Positions 1 to 7,005 of a stretch of 34,329 nt of DNA are shown here, in pieces. Each line of letters starts with the position of its first letter. Position 1 is the first letter of the stretch. The translations under genes and the position numbers were made by a program. Source of the stretch: an uncultured Burkholderiales bacterium. GTDB lineage: Bacteria > Pseudomonadota > Gammaproteobacteria > Burkholderiales > Thiobacillaceae. The notes beneath the pieces were generated by a model that had not been told where the DNA came from, searched no databases, and saw only the letters and a program-made list of their open reading frames with translations. The stretch is taken from NCBI GenBank assembly GCA_937925755.1, contig CALAMX010000028.1:1-34329 (forward strand), in the 5' to 3' direction.

Positions 1-90
1 CTCAGCGCGGAGCACGTCTTCCGCGACTACCAGTTCAGCAAGGACAACCAGATCGCCCTGCCACCCCCAGAGCCGAGTATGGCCAATTGA
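1..90 (+). CDS. C-terminal fragment of an unidentified protein (CDS enters from the left edge)
   Basis: Frame 1 is open from base 1 to TGA at 88-90 (...LSAEHVFRDYQFSKDNQIALPPPEPSMAN*). Third codon positions are GC-rich. Too short to assign a family. Confidence 0.35.
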   Translation, partial: LSAEHVFRDYQFSKDNQIALPPPEPSMAN

Positions 91-92
91 GG

Positions 93-390
93 CCTTAGGA
101 AGCTCTGCATAACCCGGCGAGCGGGATTGAACGCCGCGCGCTCGGAGCGCGAGCCGCGAGACATCACATGAGGCTAGGCGAGAGAGCGCAAACAAAGTTT
201 CGGCGTAGGCTAACCTGCCGCAAGGCAGGTTAAGCGAGGCGAAGCCGAGCGGCCGGAGCCACAACGAAGTTTCGGCGTAGGCTAACTTCGGCTAAAGCCG
301 AAGTTAAGCGAGCGGAAGCGAGCGGCCGGAGCCAACAGCGCGCAACGGAGCCGAGCGCCCGCGCAGCCAGTTATGCAAAGCTTCCCTTAG
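93..390. mobile_element. MITE-like non-autonomous element: 286-bp body (99-384) with 15-bp terminal inverted repeats, flanked by a 6-bp direct repeat
   Basis: 99-113 GAAGCTCTGCATAAC matches the reverse complement of 370-384 GTTATGCAAAGCTTC at 14/15 positions. Identical CCTTAG hexamers lie at 93-98 and 385-390. No ORF support. It sits between two convergent gene ends. Confidence 0.45.
190..333. repeat. Two tandem units of about 72 bp, each carrying a stem-loop (211-232 and 283-306)
   Basis: AAGTTTCGGCGTAGGCTAAC occurs at 195-214 and 267-286, and both units end in AGCGAG...GAGCGGCCGGAGCC. Hairpins are TAACCTGCC-GCAA-GGCAGGTTA and TAACTTCGGC-TAAA-GCCGAAGTTA. The inner stems differ but are fully complementary in both. 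Confidence 0.8.
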
Positions 391-451
391 CCGAAGCGCC
401 AAGGGCGCGCCACAACTGGGCCGCGCCCCGCTCCTTTAGCTGCAGATCCGC

Positions 452-562
452 TCAGATCAGGTTGAATAACAGCAGCATGCCGAAGTGGAAGGCGATGAAG
501 AGAAGCACGCCATAGAAGACTGCGGTGTTCTCACTGCGTTCGAAGATCTTTTGAAAGCTCAT
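452..562 (-). CDS. 36-aa single-helix membrane microprotein (hypothetical), below the ORF-track size cut-off
   Basis: ATG at 560-562 (minus) is preceded by GAAGGAG 6 nt upstream. Product is MSFQKIFERSENTAVFYGVLLFIAFHFGMLLLFNLI*, with mostly G/C third positions. Same strand as nirN, 79 nt downstream of it. Confidence 0.5.
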   Translation of the reverse strand: MSFQKIFERSENTAVFYGVLLFIAFHFGMLLLFNLI

Positions 563-641
563 ATCCGACTCCTTCTCGCATGGGCTAAGAATCAACATAA
601 ACCACCGGCAAGGCGCGGTCCAGACGTGTGCTTGACCTCAG

Positions 642-2210
642 TCAATGGCTGGTGCCCTCCGACAGCCGCGTCTTGTTCCACACGTTGTACTTGCCCACCG
701 GCCGCCGCATGGGGATGCGCTTGACCTCCTCAAGCGTGGCGGCGTCGTAGACGATCAGGGCACCGTCCTGCTCCCAGAGTGAGACCATGGCGTAGCGGCC
801 GTAGCGGTCGAATTCCACATGGGTCGCCGTCTTGCCCGGCTCGGGCCGCAAATCGGTGACGATCTTGAGCGTGCGCTTGTCGATGACGTGCATGACGTCA
901 CGGTTTTCGCCGAAAAAGACGTCGGCCCAGGCATAGGGGGTATTCTCGTGGCTGCGCAGGAAGAAACCGGGGCCGGCGGTGGGGATGATCTTGATCGTCT
1001 TCCATGTCTGCATGTCGATGACCTGGATGTGGCCGTTCTTCAGATTGGGTGAGGCCATCACGCGTCGTTCTTGCCCCTCGACATCCCGCCACGACCAGGT
1101 GATGCCGGAGCCCAAGTGAGGCATGCCGGGGATGTCCAGGTCGGCGATCTTGCGCCCCGACGCGAGATGAATGACCTGGCCACGCGGCGCCGCGCGCGAG
1201 GCGCCCAACAGATAGGTGTAGGTCGGATCGAAAAAGAAATCGTCCAGGACCTGTTCCACCTCGATGCGGCGCACCGGCAATGGGCCCCGTTCGGCAACGG
1301 CCTCCTGGTATTGCCAGTCGTGCACCAATCCGCCATAGACCGGGCGCCCGTCATAGGGGATCTCCCACACCTCGGGGATGTCCTTGAGCGCGGCGATGAA
1401 GCTGGCGCGCGGTCGCGCGTCGTATACGGCGGAGACGCGGGAGGTCTTGCCCTTGGCCCCCACCACCGGAATCAGTCGCATCAGCGAGAGATCCCGTCCC
1501 GAGAGAGCGACCAAGGTGTGCGGCAGGTAATTGGCCACCAGCACATATTGCCCATCGCTGGACACGGCCAGGTTGCGGGTGTTGATGCCGGCGCGCACCT
1601 CCGCCACCACCCTTAGATTCCACAGGTCGTATTTGGTGACCCAGCCGTCGCGGCTGGCCCAATAGACGTAACGGCCATCGGGTGTGAACTTGGGTCCCCC
1701 ATGCAGGGCCCGATGGGTTGGGAAGCGGTGGATGACCTCCAGGCGGTCGGTATCGAGCACGCTGATGTGGTGATCCCCGTGCTCCACCACCAGGGTCAGG
1801 TTGAGCGGATCTGCGGCGAAAATCGGCCTGGCCGGCAGATCGAGCGCCGCTGCATCGACCTTGTGCGTAGCGTGTATGTCTTCCGCGTCCCACTTGGGCG
1901 GAATGGACGGAGGGGTATGCAACCAGGCGGTCAGGGTTTGAATCTGTGCATCGCTGAGTCTTCCAGCGAAGGCCGGCATCTGCGTGGCCGGCAGTCCGTC
2001 ACGGATGATCCGGGCCACTTCCGCCCTCTGCAATCTGTCGAGCGTCTGCGGCAAGAGTGCCGGCCCCATGGCGCCCAGGCGGTTGGGACCATGACAAGCC
2101 AAGCAATGGGCCTCGTAGAGCGCGTCGGCATCCGTCTGCGCATGGCCCGGCAAAGGCGCGCTCAGGAGTGTCGCCGCCACGAGGAGGACGCTGCGCAGCC
2201 GAGTCAGCAT
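642..2210 (-). CDS. nirN: NirN, cytochrome c-containing d1-type beta-propeller protein (dihydro-haem d1 dehydrogenase)
   Basis: Signal peptide MLTRLRSVLLVAATLLSAPLPGHA, then the haem c motif CLACHG, then a propeller domain resembling the nirS and nirF products here. It is the last gene of the nir operon. Start taken at ATG 2208-2210, overlapping the nirJ stop by 7 nt; the 576-aa track ORF is an upstream extension. Confidence 0.85.
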   Translation of the reverse strand: MLTRLRSVLLVAATLLSAPLPGHAQTDADALYEAHCLACHGPNRLGAMGPALLPQTLDRLQRAEVARIIRDGLPATQMPAFAGRLSDAQIQTLTAWLHTPPSIPPKWDAEDIHATHKVDAAALDLPARPIFAADPLNLTLVVEHGDHHISVLDTDRLEVIHRFPTHRALHGGPKFTPDGRYVYWASRDGWVTKYDLWNLRVVAEVRAGINTRNLAVSSDGQYVLVANYLPHTLVALSGRDLSLMRLIPVVGAKGKTSRVSAVYDARPRASFIAALKDIPEVWEIPYDGRPVYGGLVHDWQYQEAVAERGPLPVRRIEVEQVLDDFFFDPTYTYLLGASRAAPRGQVIHLASGRKIADLDIPGMPHLGSGITWSWRDVEGQERRVMASPNLKNGHIQVIDMQTWKTIKIIPTAGPGFFLRSHENTPYAWADVFFGENRDVMHVIDKRTLKIVTDLRPEPGKTATHVEFDRYGRYAMVSLWEQDGALIVYDAATLEEVKRIPMRRPVGKYNVWNKTRLSEGTSH

Positions 2211-3385
2211 AGGGAAACACGTGTGTCGGGGACCTGAGGCATGCGGTCGAGGCCGATCTCGGCGTCGGTCAGATAGCAGCCGGGGTCCTCCGCCCAGAAA
2301 TCGCCCGCAGTGTGCCAGGCCCGCACCCGGCTGTTGCCGTTGCAGATGTCGAGATGGGCGCAGCGGGCACAACGCCCTTTGACCGGTCGCGGCCTTTGCT
2401 TGAGGCCAGCCATGAGGGGATCGCTCAGGTCAGTCCAGATCGCACCGAATGGCCTTTCGCGCACATTGCCCAGCGGGTAATCCCACCACATCGTGTCGGG
2501 GTGGACGAAGCCCAGGTTGTCGATGTTGGCCACGTTCACACCCGAGGCGTTACCGCCCCATTGCACGAGCTTCTGCCGCAGGTGCGCGGCCTTATCCGGG
2601 AAGTGGCGCCGCACCCAGGCGAGCAGATAGACCCCGTCGGCATCGTTGTTGCCGGTGACGAATTCGCGTGGCGTCCCGGCCTTGAGATACCTCCAGCAGC
2701 GGTCGATGAGCAGGTCCATGGCTGCGCGCGTGGTCTGGTGATGCGCGTCGTGACTGCGATTCTTGTTGCCGCGACCGGCATAATTGAGGTGGGAAAGATA
2801 GAATTTTTCGATGCCTTCCGCCTGCATCAGGTCCAGCAGCGCCGGCAGGTCTGCGGCGTTGTCCTGGGTCAGGGTGAAACGGATGCCCACCCTGACACCT
2901 GCATCGCGGCACAGACGCACACCGTTCAGGGCGGCGTCGAAGGCCCCGTCTTTGCGCCGGAAGCGATCATGGGTCGCGCGCAGGCCGTCCAGACTAATGC
3001 CGACGTAATCAAAACCGGTGGCGGCAATGACTTGGGCAAGACGCGTGTCGATGAGTGTGCCATTGCTCGATAGCCCGACGTAGAAGCCCAGGTCCTTGGC
3101 ATGTCGGGCGATGGCAAAGAGATCCGGGCGCAAGAGCGGCTCGCCGCCGGAGAGGATCAACACCGGTACACGCGCGGCCTTCAGGTCGTCCATGACCCGA
3201 AATACCTCTTGTGTGGACAACTCGCCGGGGAAATCGCGGTCGGTGGAGATCGAATAGCAGTGCTGGCAGGTGAGGTTACAGCGCCGCACCAGGTTCCAGA
3301 TCACCACCGGGCCTAGCAAAGCGCGGCGGGGCGCCACTGGGGTCGGCGTGAGGAGTTCCTGCAAGAACTGGGTGAGTCTAAACAT
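2204..3385 (-). CDS. nirJ: NirJ, radical SAM haem d1 biosynthesis protein
   Basis: N-terminal CxxxCxxC radical SAM motif (CNLTCQHCY), a C-terminal Cys cluster (GRCARCAHLDICNG) and the expected position between nirH and nirN. Confidence 0.9.
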   Translation of the reverse strand: MFRLTQFLQELLTPTPVAPRRALLGPVVIWNLVRRCNLTCQHCYSISTDRDFPGELSTQEVFRVMDDLKAARVPVLILSGGEPLLRPDLFAIARHAKDLGFYVGLSSNGTLIDTRLAQVIAATGFDYVGISLDGLRATHDRFRRKDGAFDAALNGVRLCRDAGVRVGIRFTLTQDNAADLPALLDLMQAEGIEKFYLSHLNYAGRGNKNRSHDAHHQTTRAAMDLLIDRCWRYLKAGTPREFVTGNNDADGVYLLAWVRRHFPDKAAHLRQKLVQWGGNASGVNVANIDNLGFVHPDTMWWDYPLGNVRERPFGAIWTDLSDPLMAGLKQRPRPVKGRCARCAHLDICNGNSRVRAWHTAGDFWAEDPGCYLTDAEIGLDRMPQVPDTRVSLC

Positions 3386-3388
3386 GGC

Positions 3389-3877
3389 TCAGGCTCCGAT
3401 CCGTAAGCCGGTCTTCTTGAGGATACGGCTGCTATAAAGGATGTCGTGCCGACGACAGCTAGCGCCCAAGATGCGGCCGATCTCGGCGGCGTAGGCGATG
3501 ACCTCGTGGCGGTTACGCCCATGCACCATGGTGAACAGGTTGTAGGGCCAGTCGGGCAAGCAGCGTGGGCGACGGTAGCAATGGCTGACGAACCCCAGTC
3601 GGCCCACCCGCTCGCCCAACGCATCGACCTCTGCATCGTCCACGTCCCAGACAGTCATGCCGTTGGCCACATAGCCCAAGGCATAGTGGTTGGGCACTGC
3701 GCCGATGCGACGGATGACGCCCAATGCCAACATGCGTCGCAAGCGTGCCATGACCTCTTCCGCCACGAGCCCGAGCTGCGCGGCAACGGCGTGGTAAGGC
3801 TGCGGCGCCAAAGGCAGGCCCGCCTGTGTGGCCAAGATGATGCGCCGGTCGATCGCGTCGAGTTCCACGCTGCTCAT
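3389..3877 (-). CDS. nirH: NirH, sirohaem decarboxylase subunit (Lrp/AsnC-like)
   Basis: MSSVELDAIDRRIILATQAGLPLAPQPY... resembles the NirD/L/G/H (AhbA/B) family, including the PDWPYNLFTMVHG motif. Start ATG 3875-3877 forms an ATGA overlap with the nirG stop. Confidence 0.8.
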   Translation of the reverse strand: MSSVELDAIDRRIILATQAGLPLAPQPYHAVAAQLGLVAEEVMARLRRMLALGVIRRIGAVPNHYALGYVANGMTVWDVDDAEVDALGERVGRLGFVSHCYRRPRCLPDWPYNLFTMVHGRNRHEVIAYAAEIGRILGASCRRHDILYSSRILKKTGLRIGA

Positions 3878-4356
3878 GGCTTGAGCCTCAGGTCCACGAA
3901 ATATTCCCGCTCCTTGGGGAAGCGGTAGACCGGCAGGCCGCTCTCCGCCTCGATGCGGCGTAATGCCGCATCTACCTTGTCCGGCGTGTCGGCGGCCACC
4001 ACGAACCACATGTTCAGCCGGTGCTCACGGCGGTAGTTGTGGGCGACCTCCGTTTGCCGGTTGACGATCTGGGAGATACGCTCGAAATCCGCTTCGGGCA
4101 CCGCCATTGCCGCCAGGACGTTGGCTCCGCCCATCCGGTCGGCGTTGTACAGCGGCCCGAAACGGGTGAGCACCCCACGCTCCAGCAAGCGCCGCAAGCG
4201 CTCGAGCAGTTCCGCTTCCGTGATGCCTAGACTGCCTGCAGCCGCGGCATAGGGGTGCTCACAAATGGGGAACCCCTCCTGCAGCGCCTCGATGATGCGC
4301 CGGTCTGTGCTATCCATGGGCATGGCGGCGGCCCGCTCGAAAACCTGCTGCATCAT
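3874..4356 (-). CDS. nirG: NirG, sirohaem decarboxylase subunit (Lrp/AsnC-like)
   Basis: MMQQVFERAAAMPMDSTDRRIIEALQEGFPICEHPY... contains the VAHNYRREHRLNMWFVV motif. Start ATG 4354-4356 forms an ATGA overlap with the nirDL stop. The 346-aa track ORF is an upstream extension into nirDL. Confidence 0.8.
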   Translation of the reverse strand: MMQQVFERAAAMPMDSTDRRIIEALQEGFPICEHPYAAAAGSLGITEAELLERLRRLLERGVLTRFGPLYNADRMGGANVLAAMAVPEADFERISQIVNRQTEVAHNYRREHRLNMWFVVAADTPDKVDAALRRIEAESGLPVYRFPKEREYFVDLRLKP

Positions 4357-5420
4357 GCGGCCCTCGCCAGACTGCTGTAACGAGCGCCGCACTGCTTGAA
4401 GCGGCGGCGCGAGAACAAGGGCTGACCGATTACGGCCTCCAGCCCCAGGGCGCTGTGCAGCCGCTCGCGCAGCCGGCTGACCTGCGCCAGTACCGCCGCA
4501 CGATCCCGGCCGTGCACCATGGAAAACAGGTTGTAAGGCCACTCGGGCAGGCGGCGCGGGCGTTGATAACAAAGGGTGACAGCGGGCTGGGTGGCCAACA
4601 ATCGCCCTGCGCGATCGACGAGTGGGTCTGGGATGTCCCATACCACCATGGCATTGGCGGTGTAACCCAGCTCCCGGTGACGCACCACCACGCCGAAACG
4701 GCGTATCACCGACAGAGAGAGCAGCCGTTCGATCCGGTCGAGCACCTCGGCCTCGCTGGCGTCGCAACGCGCGGCCACGCGGGCGTAAGGGCGCGGTGTC
4801 AGGGGCAGGCCGTCCTCCAACGCCGCCGCCAGGGCATAGTCGCCCGCCTGCACTTGCGCACGCAAGGCGGCGGCATCCACCACATTGCCCGCGGCATCCT
4901 GATGGGGATGGCACACGTCTGGCCTCACATCGCCCCGCTCGACCACCGTATTGGGCCGAAGGGCAAAACCCAGGTCGATGTAGTAATCCGCCAGCATGGG
5001 CAGGTCCAAGGGCCTGAGCCCCGTGCGGCGTTCGACCTGGGCCAGGACCTGTGCCACTCGCTCAGGCGTCGGGGCAGTGACCACGAACCAGAGGTTGTAC
5101 GCATGTTCGCGTTCGTAGTTGTGGTTGACTTCTGGGAAACCACCGATGAAACGAGCCACCTCCTCCAAGCGCTCGGGTGGGCAAGCCAGCGCTGCCAACG
5201 TGCTCGATCCCAGCACGTGGGGGCGGAACACCGCGCCGATGCGACAGATGTAGCCGCGCCGCTGAAGCCCCGCCAGGCACTCCAGGACGCTGGCCTCGTC
5301 ACTGCCCAACTGCTTGGCCAGTTCGGCATAAGGCCGAGGCACGAGCGGGAAGTCCCGCTGCCAGTCGTTGAGCAGGCGGAACTCCAGGTCGGAAAGCGGG
5401 TTGCCCGCCGGCGTATTCAT
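4353..5420 (-). CDS. nirDL: Fused NirD-NirL sirohaem decarboxylase (two tandem Lrp/AsnC-like modules)
   Basis: Two internally homologous halves carry NHNYEREHAYNLWFVV and PEWPYNLFSMVHG. It occupies the position of nirD plus nirL. Start ATG 5418-5420 forms an ATGA overlap with the nirF stop. Confidence 0.8.
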   Translation of the reverse strand: MNTPAGNPLSDLEFRLLNDWQRDFPLVPRPYAELAKQLGSDEASVLECLAGLQRRGYICRIGAVFRPHVLGSSTLAALACPPERLEEVARFIGGFPEVNHNYEREHAYNLWFVVTAPTPERVAQVLAQVERRTGLRPLDLPMLADYYIDLGFALRPNTVVERGDVRPDVCHPHQDAAGNVVDAAALRAQVQAGDYALAAALEDGLPLTPRPYARVAARCDASEAEVLDRIERLLSLSVIRRFGVVVRHRELGYTANAMVVWDIPDPLVDRAGRLLATQPAVTLCYQRPRRLPEWPYNLFSMVHGRDRAAVLAQVSRLRERLHSALGLEAVIGQPLFSRRRFKQCGARYSSLARAA

Positions 5421-6589
5421 AGTCCAAAACGATGGGCACGCGCGGTGAAGAAGATACCGCTGGGACTGTCGGCGGGCAGCTCCCCGAGCTTGCGCAGGCT
5501 CGCCGTGTCATAGATCTCCAGTCGGTTCGCATCGCGTAGCGACAGCCAGACGTGTTCGCCACGGGGAGTGAATTCCATGTGCAGGACTGCCTTGCCGGGC
5601 TTGAGCGTGGCGATGACTTCCCGACGCGGCACGTCGATGACCTGCACCGTATCGTAATGCGGAAAGGCGAAATTGACCCACAGGCGACGTCCATCGGGCT
5701 GGGCCATGACGAATACGGGCTGTCCGATCACGGGGATGGTCCCCACCACCGTCCAGGTGGGCACGTCCACGATCACCACCTCGTGCCGACCCACGCCCGG
5801 GATGAAGGCAAGACCTCCGACCATGGCCCAGGTCTCCAGGTGCGGCATCTTGTATACCGGCAGCCGTTGCGCGCCGCGACCGTAGTCGGGCAGAACCCGG
5901 CGCACCCCCGCCTCCAGGTTCCACAGATCCAATATGGCCAGGCCGTTTTCCCCATACAACCCGGCCACGTACCAGCGCCCATCGGGGGAAATCAGCGCGT
6001 CGTAGGGCTGGCGGCCTATGTCCGCAAACTTGGTGAGCTTGGGGTTTTTCGGATCTGCAGATAGGTCTGCCACCCAGATCTCGTCCTTGTCCCAGAGGCT
6101 GAAGACGAAGCGGTTGCCGGGTGCGTCTTCGATGCCCACCACCTTCGATTCGGTCGGGATGTCGGCGACGAGCTCGAGGGATTGGCTGTCGAAGATGCGC
6201 ACTCCACCGGGGGTGTAATTGGCGACGGCGATGTAGCGGCCATCCTGGGAGATGGCGCCACCGATGGCGTTGCCAGACTGCAGCACGCGCCTGACTAGAC
6301 GGCCGCTGAGCAGGTCGAGCTTGTTCAGCCCCCCGTCACGGCCGAAGACGTAAGCGTAGCGCGCATCCCGTGAGAACACGGCGGAGGCATGTGAAAGATC
6401 GCCCAGGCCATCGATTCGTCCGATGTCGCGCTGCAGTGTCGTGTCGAGCAACAGTACGCTCCCGCGCGCGCGCTCGACGGCCAGCCCGAGATCGCCGGTT
6501 CCCCGTAGGGGACCAACCCCCTCGGGTTCGGCGGCGGCGGCCGGCAGCAGCCAGAGGGTCAGGAGGATTCGGACTAGCCAAGGCCTCAT
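5417..6589 (-). CDS. nirF: NirF, d1-type beta-propeller haem d1 biosynthesis protein (no haem c site)
   Basis: Signal peptide MRPWLVRILLTLWLLPAAAA, propeller sequence similar to NirS/NirN, and no CxxCH motif. Start ATG 6587-6589 forms an ATGA overlap with the nirC stop. The 493-aa track ORF is an upstream extension. Confidence 0.85.
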   Translation of the reverse strand: MRPWLVRILLTLWLLPAAAAEPEGVGPLRGTGDLGLAVERARGSVLLLDTTLQRDIGRIDGLGDLSHASAVFSRDARYAYVFGRDGGLNKLDLLSGRLVRRVLQSGNAIGGAISQDGRYIAVANYTPGGVRIFDSQSLELVADIPTESKVVGIEDAPGNRFVFSLWDKDEIWVADLSADPKNPKLTKFADIGRQPYDALISPDGRWYVAGLYGENGLAILDLWNLEAGVRRVLPDYGRGAQRLPVYKMPHLETWAMVGGLAFIPGVGRHEVVIVDVPTWTVVGTIPVIGQPVFVMAQPDGRRLWVNFAFPHYDTVQVIDVPRREVIATLKPGKAVLHMEFTPRGEHVWLSLRDANRLEIYDTASLRKLGELPADSPSGIFFTARAHRFGL

Positions 6590-6909
6590 TCTGGAAACCC
6601 TTCGCGCAAGCGTTCGGCGATCCACTGGACCTGCTGCGGCGTGAGGAAGGCCGACCAGCCGGGCATGGCAGTGCCGGGAATACCGTGCAGGATGACGCTC
6701 TGCAAATAGTCGAGCGGCCGCTCGCGCATGCGGTCGACGGTGAGTGGCGCGCCCAGCCCCCCCGTGAGTCTGAGCCCATGGCAAAAGCCGCACTCCTGAC
6801 GCACGAAGCGGGTGAGCGACTGTCGTTCCGGCGCGCCCGGCGGTGCCTCGGCCGCCAGCACGGGCAGCGCCCCGAGCAGGCAGACAGCCCACGCCCAACG
6901 ATGCATCAT
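6586..6909 (-). CDS. nirC: NirC, small periplasmic monohaem cytochrome c (c55X type)
   Basis: 107 aa with a signal peptide and a single CxxCH (CGFCHG). GGAG lies upstream of the ATGATG start. It sits immediately downstream of nirS. Confidence 0.8.
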   Translation of the reverse strand: MMHRWAWAVCLLGALPVLAAEAPPGAPERQSLTRFVRQECGFCHGLRLTGGLGAPLTVDRMRERPLDYLQSVILHGIPGTAMPGWSAFLTPQQVQWIAERLREGFPE

Positions 6910-6973
6910 GACTCGACTCCTATATGGGTTTGCCCAGCGCCCGTGGGGTTCATTCTGACACGACAGGTGCTGG

Positions 6974-6999
6974 ACAAACCCGGCCGCCTGGCGGCCGGG
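6974..6999 (-). terminator. GC-rich hairpin between nirS and nirC, possible attenuator or partial terminator
   Basis: On the minus strand CCCGGCCGC-CAG-GCGGCCGGG (9-bp stem) is followed by TTTGT. It starts 7 nt after the nirS stop. The U-tract is short, so read-through is likely. Confidence 0.4.
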
Positions 7000-7005
7000 T
7001 AAGGC

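Noticed and set aside
114-150. tRNA/tmRNA-like T-loop (minus strand GTTCAATCC) and a tmRNA-tag-like GCAAAC... string inside the left-edge element
   Set aside because: The flanking bases do not form a 5-bp T-stem. There is no acceptor stem or CCA context, and the putative tag frame hits a stop after 6 codons without the usual ...LAA ending.
391-451. Hairpin GGGCGCG-N12-CGCGCCC downstream of the micro-ORF as its terminator
   Set aside because: It has a large 12-nt loop and only two Ts after the stem, so it is not convincing as an intrinsic terminator.
485-724. 79-aa plus-strand ORF from the track
   Set aside because: It is antisense to the well-supported minus-strand micro-ORF (SD plus hydrophobic helix) and to the 3' end of nirN. 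It has no SD and an implausible Cys/Ala/Pro-rich composition typical of GC-rich shadow frames.
4455-5513. 352-aa plus-strand ORF. Similar long antisense ORFs occur at 1071-1616, 2312-3073, 9267-10193 (minus), 11392-12219 (minus), 12604-13890, 20425-21396 (minus), 20780-21583 (minus), 23515-24408 (minus), 27045-27608 (minus) and 33139-34056 (minus).
   Set aside because: Each lies opposite a gene with clear family motifs (nirDL, nirN, nirJ, norC/norB, repeat protein, EAL-GGDEF, vapBC/lysS, DUF58, nikR, copA). The products are Arg/Ala/Gly/Pro-rich with no motifs. Long open antisense frames are expected in GC-rich DNA.
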